Shown: piece by piece, positions 37,621 to 48,514 of the stretch
How the letters are laid out: each line of letters starts with the position of its first letter
Numbering within the stretch: the first letter of the stretch is position 1
Assembly (NCBI RefSeq): GCF_006345805.1
Contig: NC_043001.1
Location: forward strand, 46,066,001 to 46,130,000
Direction: 5' to 3'
Source: Octopus sinensis
Taxonomy: Eukaryota
Length of the DNA: 64,000 nucleotides
Position numbers and translations under genes: made by a program
Notes under the pieces: model-generated
What the model was told of the DNA's origin: nothing
Databases searched by the model: none
Seen by the model: the letters and a program-made list of their open reading frames with translations, nothing else

Positions 37621-38345
37621 AGTTCCATGTAAATGTATTTCCCTGAAATTATCTTTGTAGTTAAATCAACAAAATGCAGACGTATCTGGACCAACATTTG
37701 TGTGTAGGTGATGAAAGAGAGTGTGGGCATGATGGTGTTATATGTGTGCGTATGTGTGTGTGTATGTGTGTGCATGTCTAACTTAGGTGTCTCGCTTTTT
37801 TCTTGCCCGCTTTCATATTGAAAATATATCGGAGGACGGTATGTTCGCAGAGTCGTTAACTATGCCGGACAAAAAAAAAACCCGCTTTAGTTCGGAGTTC
37901 AGATGTCGCCGCCTAAAATAGGCACCAGTTGAACACTGGAATCAATGTAATCGACTAGCTGCCTCCTCTGAAATTTCAGACGTTGTGCTAATAAGTTGAC
38001 AGAAAAATATACATATCTATATAAGTGTGTGTGTGCGTGTGCGTGCGTGTGTGTTGAGGCAGGGCATACGTTTGCTCAAGCAAATGTTATAAAAACTTTT
38101 TTCTCTCTACAACGCCCACTTAAAGCTACATGAATTCTACACGCAGTAGAATGTTCGCTTATCAAACGCATGGTTCCGGGTTCAGTCGCATTGTGTAACA
38201 CCTTGGTCAAGTGTCTTCTACAATAGCCTCGACTCGACTAAAGCCTTGTGAGTGGTTATGGTAGATGAAATGTGAAACTAGTCCGTTGTGTGTGTGTGTG
38301 TGTTTATCAGAGGCGACTCCAGGTCATCTGCGTCACTCCGGTTCA

Positions 38346-38486
38346 TCACAGATTTCGCATAAGACCCATGTTTGCTCGAAGAATTTCCCGCTTTTCCGCA
38401 ATATTTCTAGGCCCAAATGGATTTTTTTTAATATCTAGCACTATGTCTTTCTCCATTTCTAAGCTAAGGGTAAAAGTAGAGCAACC
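38346..38486 (-). CDS. Candidate alternative terminal exon inside the large WD40 intron
   Basis: cagttgtgttttgcag|; phase 0; GCSTFTLSLEMEKDIVLDIKKNPFGPRNIAEKREILRANMGLMRNL followed by TGA TGA. Could instead be a transposase HTH remnant. Confidence 0.3.
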   Translation of the reverse strand, partial: GCSTFTLSLEMEKDIVLDIKKNPFGPRNIAEKREILRANMGLMRNL

Positions 38487-38641
38487 CTGCAAAACACAAC
38501 TGATCTTTACATGCAGACGCACAGAATAACAATCAAATAACGACAGCGGAGTGCACAACAAACATCAGCAATCTGACTGTCACCTGTACTCTTGACAAGA
38601 GATACCAGTTAGTATTTTACACCTACTAGGCTCATTCGTAC

Positions 38642-38728
38642 CAGCTTGAGTTGCTGGATAATTTTTCGTTCCTTTAAGAATATTGTAGAACGGAAAGCTT
38701 TCATAGATTGGAATTTAAATCCTAATCT
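38642..38728 (-). CDS. Candidate alternative exon inside the large WD40 intron
   Basis: ataaatttctatag| ... CTG|gtacga (alternative donor CTA|gtaggt, end 38627); phase 0-0; RLGFKFQSMKAFRSTIFLKERKIIQQLKL. Supported by splice signals and phase only. Confidence 0.3.
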
Positions 38729-39097
38729 CTATAGAAATTTATTGTTTCAAGAAAACAGAATTTGAATTACTTTTAATTTTTACGATTATAGATAACAACC
38801 CGAGCTGTAACTTCTGAGCCCGAGTCAGGCACATGTAAACGATGTTGAGAGAATGTTTGCTACGAATATTTATTGACACAGGGCACCTCTAAGACGACCG
38901 CCAGACACTGAACGAAAATAAATGAACTGCGACCAGGCTCAATAAAAGGAGCCCGAGTTATTGGCTGCAATTACATACTTGAAATCAGTGTTGGCAGAAA
39001 TTAAATCAGCTTGCAAATACACATTCACTTTACTAAATTTATACTCGGGCTAAGCCCGAACAGCCTGAGTGTCGGAGTCCACAATGATATATATATA

Positions 39098-39128
<31 letters not shown>

Positions 39129-40204
39129 CATACGTAAACAAACGAATTATACACAGGGCTCTCTTAGGTACACCTCATCGAAAATAGTCAACTGGTTTGA
39201 CATATCGATGTCTGAGATTCCTAATAGATGGCAACACTGAACGGACTAGGTATTTTTACACCTTTTTACCATAAGAGAGATTTCTTCTTCGCGGTAACTG
39301 CAGTGTATTTGCCTTTTAGGAGTTAAAATATGTGACGAACATATTTCATCTTACCTAATTCTGCTCATACATAAACACTGCTTAGTGCTAATAATTCATT
39401 ATTTTCCTTCGATCAGGTGATCTACTAGCGCAAATCAGTCAACGTGTTAACTGAATTATGCATAAAGCTGTAGCTTTATAAGTCTGTTTAGAGTTGCATC
39501 TCCTATGTACATCTCATCGAAAATAGCCAACCAGCTAGAAACAACATCGATGTCTGAGATTCCTAATAGATAGCGACACTGAACAGACTGGGTGTTTTAC
39601 ACCTTTGTACCATAAGAGAGATTTTTTTTCTCCACGGTATACATATACGAAAAATTGTCACTAAATGCGATTACGAGTGTCAAGACACTTACATTGCTAG
39701 AAATAAGAGGTAAAATTCTCTAATGCTGTAGTAAAAGCACATAGTTGTATACATATATGCTCACAAGGGCTGATATCACCTAAAAACACCGACTCTAGAA
39801 TTCCCTATACTGAACATTCAGTTTCGGCTACTTCCGTAGCCTCTTTAGGGGAGACCGCTCGTCCAGATATTTCCGGGCTTAAACCACCGCCAACATATAT
39901 GAATCCACAGAAATTCACGGATGATTTAGCGAATTGTTGCTAATGTGTATACAAAAACTAATATAAACAGCTATGCACAATATTTTATCATAAAGGAAAA
40001 ATATAATTGTCACTAATGTAGGTGGACACCCTTAATCGCATTTAGTGACAATTAGATGTTTCCTTTATAGTAAAACATCATGCACGGCTGTTTACATTAA
40101 TTTCTGTATATATCATATACATACATACACACACATACGCACACGTTAATATCGAATAGTTAAAATGAGTGCTCAACACTGTACTAGGGGATAAATATTC
40201 TATG

Positions 40205-40434
40205 TTCGTGGGGTAACCGGACTACCATCGGTTTCATATCGGGAGAGATACTTCTCAACAATTATTCAAGTCTGTACCTTAGGATATTGGTGTTCGTCTC
40301 TTGGATAAAAATAGTATTTCTTTTAAATCCAAGATGGCGACTAACACCAATATTCTAAGGCATAAACTTGAATAATTGTTGAGAAATATCGCTCCCGACA
40401 TGGAACCTATGGTAGTCTGTGATTAGCCCACGAA
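40205..40434. mobile_element. Fold-back (palindromic) MITE-like element
   Basis: Arms of about 100 bp are reverse complements, e.g. TTCTCAACAATTATTCAAG / CTTGAATAATTGTTGAGAA, around a short AT spacer. Confidence 0.75.
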
Positions 40435-40883
40435 TAAAGTATGTGTGTGTGTTTTCCTTCACTACCGCTTGACATCTGGTGTCAGTGTGTTAACGTTCCC
40501 GTAATCTAGCGGTTTGACAAAAAGAAACCAATCAAATAAGGACCAGGCTTAAAAAATAAGCCCTGGCGTTGATTTGTTCCACTAAAATTATACTTGAAAC
40601 AAGTAAAAGACAATCGTTACGCGCATAGACATGTTCTTTTAGTTTGTTTTCGCCACAATAGCTATGGTCATGCTGGAGCACCGTGCATTGATTGAGTGTA
40701 TACGCGCGCGCGTGTCACAATATCTTTAAATATAAAATAACGATAAAAATTTATTTTATGCACGCCCTAGCTGCCGACATCACACTCAAACACAACACAC
40801 ACACTCTCTCTTTCACACACTCACTCACACACATGAACGGAACACGCATACACACACACACGCACACACACACACACACACAG

Positions 40884-40916
<33 letters not shown>

Positions 40917-41039
40917 CTTAACATATTCCAACACTAATAGCGCTACCACCACTATATCCGCCATAGAGACAGATGTGTTAAATAAAAAAAAAATGTAAAA
41001 TGATAATGATGATGATGATGATGATAACGAAAGTAGTGT

Positions 41040-41850
41040 TGGTTGTTGTTGTTGTTGTGATGGTGATGGTGTGGTGGTAACGTTAGTGACGACACATGCT
41101 GATGACAGCTTGAAGTGCCAGCTGCAAGCCATCCCTTCGCACATTTCATTAGAAGCAATTGATGATACGTGTTTTTATTTATTTATTTATTTATTTATTC
41201 AATTTTATCTCCCCGGATGCAGACAGGCGTAATGACAGTGGTGGTAGCGGTTGTAGTGCTGGTGGTGGTGGCGGCAGCGGTGGTTGTGATGATGATGATG
41301 ATGATGGTGATGGTGGTGATGGTGGTGGTGTATGGTGATGGTGGTGGTAGTGCTGGATATAGTGAGCAATGAGTGTGGTGGCGGTGGTGGTGATGGTGGT
41401 GGTGCGATAATAGTTGTGGTTACGGAGAGTAGTGGTAGCAGTAATAATTATGGTGACTGTGATAGTGATGATGGATGTGGTAGTGGTGGTGGTGGTGGTG
41501 GTCGTCGTCGTCGCTGGTTGGGAGAAGAGAGTGATTAGGTTGATGGCAGTGGTGGTGTTGGCTGTGTAATGGTAATGATGGATTTAGTAGTAATAGTAGT
41601 GGTGGTGGTAGTGGTAGATATGATGGGGGGGGAGTAAAGAGTATACATGGGGGAAAAGGAGTGAGCGGGGCTGATTGTGTTAATGACTTATAACAGTAGC
41701 AATGGGTGGTGGTGGAGGTGATGATGGTGGTGGAGGTGATGGTGGTGGAGGTGATGGTGGTGGAGGTGATGGTGGTAGAGGTGATGGTGGTGGTGGAGGT
41801 GATGGTGGTGGAGGTGATAGTGATAGAGATGATGGCGGTGATGGAATTGT
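41040..41850. repeat. (GGT)n/(GAT)n low-complexity tract with a 15-bp GGTGGTGGAGGTGAT sub-array near 41706-41818
   Basis: Direct reading; explains the Gly/Asp and Val/Met ORFs in the track. Confidence 0.9.
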
Positions 41851-42059
41851 TGGCGAAAGAAAGGAGAAATGTGGCCGCCCGTTAAAGCGTGGGAGGTAAG
41901 GTCAAAAGAGAGAGAGAGAGAAAGTTACAGTTGGTCTTAAGAGAAGCAATGACAACAGAGAAATAAGCAAATGGATTTATATTTTAGTCACAGCCCTGAT
42001 TGAGCTGAATAATAAACCCGAAAGAAAATCCAACTATTACCAACCCTTGTTATTCAAAG

Positions 42060-42385
42060 GACAAGGCGGGTATGGAACAGACACATTATCCAAAGTATTC
42101 TTTGTGTATTTAAGATAGTATTATGGTGTATGTATCCCGCCACAAGGCGTGTATGGAACGGACACATTATCCAACGCATTCTTTCAGTATTTGAAATAGT
42201 ATGGTGTATGTATCCAAAATGATTATTCAGGACACAGTAAAGGAAGGGCGGAAGAAAGGCTGACAGAGAAAATCCTGGTTTGACAACATCCAAGGACTGG
42301 ACAGGTCACAACACAAAGAACTTTCTACGCGTATCAGAGAACACAGACCAGTGGTGATGGCAGACTATGAAAACGTCATGTTGGC
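42060..42385 (+). mobile_element. RTE-clade LINE 3' fragment with an ~80-bp internal tandem duplication
   Basis: KMIIQDTVKEGRKKG*QRKSWFDNI..WTG resembles K.I.QG.V.G.R.RGR.RK.W.DNI..WTG; the ACAAGGCG.GTATGGAAC.GACACATTATCCAA block occurs twice. Confidence 0.65.
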
Positions 42386-43733
42386 ACCCCCAAAAAACTG
42401 GATGCAGTTCTTTTCTATATGGCTGCCACTTTTCGATTTCTTCAATTTTTGCTCCAATATAGATTTCATACTTGGTGTATTTGTGTAGTTTTGTAAAGTA
42501 ATCATTGGCATAAAATTCATTTTTGCTATACATCAATAAATAAAGAGTTAATAGCTTTTAAGTTTGCAAATTTTGGGCAATTTTAGCCAGTCGAAAAGGT
42601 GCCTGTTTCCATAGTAACTAACCAAGCTGTTACCAAGTCTATTACCACGTGTTCTTTTTGTCGCTTATTGAATGCTTAGAACACATGCGGCATGAGGTGT
42701 GCTAAAAATAACAACTAAATAGGCCTTAAATCACGCACGATAATTTTTTGGTTTTTGGTTTTGGCACAATCGTATGAATTCTAGGGTTTTTTTTTTTTTT
42801 TGCATTGGTTGGAATAACAAAAGATTACATAGCGAGATTTGACTCATCTGAACCGGTGTTAATCACAACTTTAGTTGGGATCCGACTGAACGAATGCTAG
42901 CGATATATATTTTATAGAATATTTAAAATTTTAAAATAAATAATATAATCGTTTTTTTTAATGTATATGAAATCTATCCGGAGGTCAGACTAAACATTAC
43001 CACGTACCGTATTTTTGACACTCCTGACATAGATGATCCTTCATTAGCTTTTTATAGGCTAAGTAAGTAAGCAAGCAAGCAAGCGTGAGTGTGTGTGTGT
43101 GTTTATGACAAGCCACTCTTAGTGCTACCTAATACAACATGCCGCATGGTCATGCCGTCAACGACTAAACCGGCAACACTACCAAACCGGCTTGGTAAGG
43201 AGGCTGGTTTTCGTTGGACACTCCACTGGACGAAAAAACAAAACCTGTCACAGAATGAATGAACTCAGTAAAGTCAACGGCCATGCAATACCTAGCTAGG
43301 AGTGCCAGATCCTCAGTCTTTGTTTAGACATCTCTCTTAGAGAAGGAAAACTCCAATATAACACCTGCGGTTTCGTTTCCATCCAATGATATAAGATAGT
43401 TCTTTTGGGAAAAATGCATACGTTTCTTAGAGCGTGGGATCGGTCTTGTACAAGGTCTAACCTAACTTTAAATAGCTTCCGGCGCAGGCATTGCTCAATT
43501 TATAACATCGCTTTTGTGTTGCATACTATGGTTGACCATAGCCGAAAAAGGTGAAATAATCAATAAAAATGTGCATGATGGAATGAAGGCTGTGTCACTG
43601 TGGGAGATAAGTTCTCTATGAAGCATCCATTGCTATAGCATCTTCGAAAAAAGGTGAAAAGCCACATGTATGATGCTCGTGTCTCAGAGAACATTTAGCG
43701 ATGGAATTGCTCGAAATCGAGTCGCAGCCATCG

Positions 43734-43734
<1 letters not shown>

Positions 43735-43765
<31 letters not shown>

Positions 43766-43817
43766 TGTATGTATGTATGTATGTATGTATGTATGTATGT
43801 ATGTATGTATGTATGTA

Positions 43818-43852
<35 letters not shown>

Positions 43853-44116
43853 ATGTATGTATGTATGTATGTATGTATGTATGTATGTGTATGTATGTAT
43901 GTATGTATGTATGCATGTATGTATGTATGTGTGTATGTATGCATGTGTGTATGTATGTATGTGTGTGTGTGTATGTATGTATGTATGCATGCATGTATGC
44001 ATGTATGTATGTATGTATGTATGCATGCATGCATGTATGCATGTATTATGTATGTATGTATGTATGCATGCATGCATGTATGTATCCATGTATGTATGTA
44101 TGTATGTATGTATGTA

Positions 44117-44151
<35 letters not shown>

Positions 44152-44745
44152 ATGTAATGTATGTATGTATGCATGTATGTATGGATGTATGTATGTTGTA
44201 TGTATGTATGTATGTATGTATGTATGTATGTATGTATGTGTATGTATGTATATGTATGTATGCATGTATGCATGTATGTATGTGTGTATGTATGCATGTG
44301 TGTATGTATGTATGTGTGTATGTGTGTATGTATGTATGTATGCATGTATGCATGTATGTATGTATGTATGTATGCATGCATGCATGTATGCATGTATTAT
44401 GTATGTATGTATGTATGCATGCATGCATGTATGTATCCATGTATGTATGTATGTATGTATGTATGTATGTGTGTGTGTATGTATGTATGTATGTATGAAT
44501 GCATGCATGCATGCTTGTATGTATGTGTGTATGTATGTATGTGTGTGTGTATGTATGTATTATGTATGTATGTATGTATGTATGCATGCATGTATGCATG
44601 CATGTATGTATGCATGCATGTATGCATGTATGTATGTATGTATGCATGCATGCATGTATGCATGCATGTATGTATGTATGTATGTATGTATGTATGTATG
44701 TATGTACGTATGTATGTATGCATGTATGTATGGATGTATGTATGT
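43735..44745. repeat. ~1-kb degenerate (TATG)n/(CATG)n/(TG)n array
   Basis: Direct reading; source of all the long MYVC/HTYI ORFs in the track. Confidence 0.95.
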
Positions 44746-44992
44746 GGTTGTAACTGAGTTGTCTGAAGTTAAACTGAGAAAAACCAGCTAAATATTAGGG
44801 AAATTTTTTGCCACTTCCCTCTTTATTAATTAGAACACAAACTAGCATTTGCCCTCACGTCATTATTTTTTCTTTGATATGGTGCTGGATAAATTTAAAA
44901 ACATTTTAAACCATGTAATTTTATTTCTGTAACAGTTTGTCCGATCATCCTTTTCAATAGACACCGTCTATGAAAACCCACTTGTTTTAATA

Positions 44993-45306
44993 TACGCATA
45001 AAGTGCGTTGAAAAAGTATACGACTTTATTTCCTCCCCCGTTAAAACTAATGTCGCGTGAGCAAAATACTTTGGGTGGGAGGTGACGCCATCTTTTGTGC
45101 GCATGCGTGAAAATTTTCGCGCCGATTGCGAAAGTTCAGCGAATAGTCATGGGAAACCGTTGTGCAACAATCCAAGAAATTACTTACGAAGTGAGTTCAA
45201 AGATAGGATCAGTGCATTTAATTTTAACGGGGGGGGGGGGGGCTTGTGCATGCGGAGAGTGTCGGCGAAAAAAATGAAGTCGGATATTTTTTGAACGCAC
45301 TTCGTA
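44993..45306 (+). mobile_element. Internally deleted mariner derivative with TIRs
   Basis: TIRs AAGTGCGTTGAAAAAGTATACGACTTTATTT / AAATGAAGTCGGATATTTTTTGAACGCACTT; interior IAKVQRIVMGNRCATIQEITYEVSSKIGSVHLIL...MRRVSAK is a mariner HTH remnant. Confidence 0.7.
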
Positions 45307-45336
45307 TCCAAGCTTTCCTTGTCAAGGATCACATAC

Positions 45337-45559
45337 CTATTTCTTTACTACCCACAGGGGGCTAAACACAGAGGGGACAAACAAACGGATTAAGTCGATT
45401 ACATCGACCCCAGTGCGTATCTGGTACTTAATTTAATCGACCCCGAAAGGATGAAAGGCAAAGTCGACCTCGGCGGAATTTGAACTCAGAACGTAACGGC
45501 AGACGAAATACGGCTACGCATTTCGCCCGGCGTGCTAACGTTTCTGCCAGCTCACCGCC
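45337..45559 (-). mobile_element. Full-length young SINE B (tail type 1) with an ~18-bp target-site duplication
   Basis: Flanks TTGTCAAGGATCACATAC (45319-45336) and TTGTCAAGAATCATATAC (45561-45578). Confidence 0.85.
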
Positions 45560-45560
45560 T

Positions 45561-45800
45561 TTGTCAAGAATCATATACCACTTGTTCGACAAGCTTCCTA
45601 CTCTCCCAACTTGACACTGTTTGACTTCTGACTCTTCCTCAAACCACCCTGAGAGAGAAGCGATTTGAGTCGCGACAGGAAATTATGAGAAAAAGGACGG
45701 CGGAGCTCCATAGTATTCCAGAGAAGGCGTTCCAGAGGTGTTAACAGCAGTGGCAGAACCGCTGGGAAAAGAGTTTAAACTCTCATGGGGAATATTCTGA
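45561..45800 (+). mobile_element. mariner transposase C-terminal remnant
   Basis: HIPLVRQASYSPNLTLFDF*LF.K...KRFESRQEI...ELHSIPEKAFQRC*QQWQNRWEK..SHGEYSEGD* carries the YSPDL..DF.LF motif; it begins at about 45310 and is interrupted by the SINE. Confidence 0.75.
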
Positions 45801-46169
45801 AGGTGATTAAATAAAATTTGTGTACAAATGTACAAATGTACAAATTTTTTTTTTACACCCAAAGGTAAACTTAACTGATATTCATTTTATTGACGTCGGA
45901 AGGATGAAGGATGAAAGCTTAAATCAACTCAGAGTAAAACGGGACAATACTGGTTTCAAGACACAAGGCCAGCACTTTCGGGGGTGGGGGAGGCATAAGC
46001 CCATTATATCGACCTCCAGTACTCAACTAGTTCTTATTTTAACGACCTCGAAAGGGTGAAAAGCAACGATTCTGCCGATTCGCCGCCTTAAAACGGGACG
46101 CTATTATATAGCTCAAGGCATTCTGTTCGCATCCTACCAAGGTTGCGCTCACCACTGTAAAAATTAAAC

Positions 46170-46515
46170 TTTATTTTATATTTTATCTTTTACTTGTTCC
46201 ATTCAGTTGACTGTGGCTATGCTGGAGCACAGCCTTCAAGGATTTTAGTTGAACAAATCAAACCCAGGATTCATTCTTTGTAAGCCTAGGACTTATTTTA
46301 TCGATATCTTTTTACCGAATCGCAAAGTTATGGGGACGTAAACACACCAACACTGATTGTCAAGCGGTAGTGGACACTTCTTTCAGTTTCCGTTTTCCAA
46401 ATCCACTCACAAGGCTATAGTAGAAGACACTTGTCCAAGGAGTCACGCAGTGGGGCTGAACCCAGAACCATGTGGTTGGGAATCAAACTTCTTACTACAC
46501 AGCCACGCCTGCGCC
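46170..46515 (-). mobile_element. SINE family A, internally deleted
   Basis: Reverse complement collinear with family A; a 5' half copy on the plus strand follows at about 46700-46845. Confidence 0.8.
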
Positions 46516-46581
46516 ATGGTAATTTAATGGTAATTTCTTTTTATTTATTTCTGCTACCGGTCTTCTGTTGTATAGAGCCGG

Positions 46582-46653
46582 CCCTCGGTAGTATAGTGGT
46601 AAGTATTCTTGCCTGTCACGCGGGACACCGGGATTCGATTCTCCACCGGAGCG
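46582..46653 (+). tRNA. tRNA-Asp(GTC)-derived sequence, probably a pseudogene
   Basis: CCCTCGGTAGTATAGTGGTAAGTATTCTTGCCTGTCACGCGGGACACCGGGATTCGATTCTCCACCGGAGCG is collinear with canonical metazoan tRNA-Asp (anticodon loop CTGTCAC). It has two mismatches in the acceptor stem, two in the T stem, and no adjacent T-run terminator. Confidence 0.7.
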
Positions 46654-47152
46654 GCGTCTTACACATTAAAAAGTGCGGCGACACACACATTAAAGGTACG
46701 GGTATGGCTGTTTGGTTAAGAAGCTTGGGTTCAGTCTTACGGTGCAGTACTTTGGGCAAGTGTCTTCTATAATTGCCCTGGGCCGATCAAAAAAGCCCGT
46801 AAGTAGATTTGGTAGACAGAAACTGAAAGAAACCCGCCGTTTATATATGTCGAATTACGGTGCGTATTTACTACCTAATTATGCATTATCTTAGACGATC
46901 TTACTGATAAAGTACAGATCACAAATTAATTTATTTTTTCATTAATACAGAAACTCGAGTTTGGGATTAACTATAAATGCTTTCATTCTCTATGGAATTA
47001 TTTTTTTCGTGGTTTGGTTTTGGCTGCCCTCACTAGCATGTAAGGCATCCTGTAAAGGGTCACCTCTCTGTGTATAAATACTATACTTTTATATATAAAA
47101 GTATATATATATATACATATTCATATATATATATATATATATAATATATATA

Positions 47153-47199
<47 letters not shown>

Positions 47200-47201
<2 letters not shown>

Positions 47202-47640
47202 TATATAATTAATATAGGATAAAATTTTTTTCGGGAAAAAAATTTTTTTATCCTATATTAATTATAAATAGATTAGTGTTCACTTCCGGATTCTATCACT
47301 CTGTGAAAGTTTCTAGTTCGAATCACACGTGTCTCGAGGTGCGCCGAAGATTTTTCTATTTTGGATATATTTGGGGTACTTAAGTCTGCTCGGGACTTGG
47401 TGCTTGCTTTTTCCATGGGTATGAGTAAGTATTTCATTTATATCTCGCGTATTTGCCGCTGAAGAGGGGAAAATTTCTTATGAATTAACCTCGAAATTGG
47501 ACCAATACGGTAATAACGAATGTTTTAGAGATTTCTATCGGTTTGTTTCGAGACGCATAAATTATAATTGTTGTCGACAAAAAAATTTTTTGTTTCGGCA
47601 TATTGGCATTAGAATTTTTCTTCTGCCCTTATCTTGTAAA
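47200..47640 (+). mobile_element. Penelope-like non-coding element embedded in (TA)n, carrying the hammerhead
   Basis: Bounded by (TA)n on both sides, with a terminal AT-rich hairpin (47205-47265) and a hammerhead core. The Penelope assignment is inferred from the known association of minimal hammerheads with Penelope-like elements. Confidence 0.55.
47453..47513 (+). ncRNA. Minimal type I hammerhead ribozyme
   Basis: Stem I TTGCCG/CGGTAA; core CTGAAGA (47459-47465); stem II GGGG/CCTC; GAAA (47493-47496); stem III ATTGG-A-CCAAT; predicted cleavage 3' of A47507. All core positions match the CUGANGA...GAAA...UH consensus. Confidence 0.75.
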
Positions 47641-47657
47641 TTATATATTCATATATA

Positions 47658-47708
<51 letters not shown>

Positions 47709-47723
47709 ATATATATATATATA

Positions 47724-47780
<57 letters not shown>

Positions 47781-47814
47781 CAATACATACATATTTGTGT
47801 GTGTGTGTGCGTGA

Positions 47815-48146
47815 AGGCGCATGAATCAGTGGTTAGAGCGTCAAGTTTGCGATCGTAAGGTTGTGAGTTCGAATCCCGGACCGGGCTGCGTGTTGCGTTC
47901 TTGAGGAAGACACTTTATTTCACGTTGCTCCAGTTCACTCGGCTGTAGAAATGAGTTGCGACGTCACAGGTGCCAAGATTTATCGGCCGTTGCTTTTCCC
48001 TTGGATAACACTGTTGGCGTGGAGAGGGTAGGCTGGTATGCATGGGCGACTGCTGGTCTTCCCTAAACAACCTTGCCCGGACTTGTGCCTGGGAGGGTGA
48101 CTTTCTAGGTGCAATCCCATGGTCAGTCATGACCGAAGGGGGTCTC
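47815..48146 (+). mobile_element. tRNA-derived CORE-like SINE, family D, copy 1
   Basis: tRNA-like head (CAGTGGTTAGAGC...GTTCGAATCCC) followed by TTGAGGAAGACACTTTATTTCACGTTGCTCCAGTTCACTC; second copy at 49954-50295. Confidence 0.8.
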
Positions 48147-48147
48147 A

Positions 48148-48185
<38 letters not shown>

Positions 48186-48293
48186 ATCACGTGACCGACC
48201 AGACCATCAGATGTTGCTACACATCGCTGGTCACAATGCGTTCGCATCGTTTTAGCCTTCGAACGACGCCACCCCGCTGGCTAAGCGAGCAGG

Positions 48294-48514
<221 letters not shown>

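Noticed and set aside
39340-39460. Strong TAG|gtaaga donor on the minus strand
   Set aside because: Stops occur in all three frames shortly upstream.
39782-39806. 25-nt microexon GILESVFLG that would bridge phase 0 to phase 1 before the 22843 exon
   Set aside because: The acceptor is weak and lies in repeat-like sequence; the 51510 donor solves the phase without it. Not fully excluded.
41169-41899. Gly/Asp-rich and Val/Met-rich ORFs
   Set aside because: They derive from trinucleotide and 15-bp tandem repeats, with no splice or homology support.
43135-43385. RTE-like 5' UTR (GAGAAGGAAAACTC) that might hold an HDV-like ribozyme
   Set aside because: I could not build the nested double-pseudoknot pairings by eye; a descriptor-based search would be needed.
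43616-44791. Long ORFs of 265-373 aa in several frames
   Set aside because: These are translations of a (TATG)n/(TG)n array that lacks stop codons; they are not genes. The same applies to the other MYVC, HTHT and YIYI ORFs in the track.
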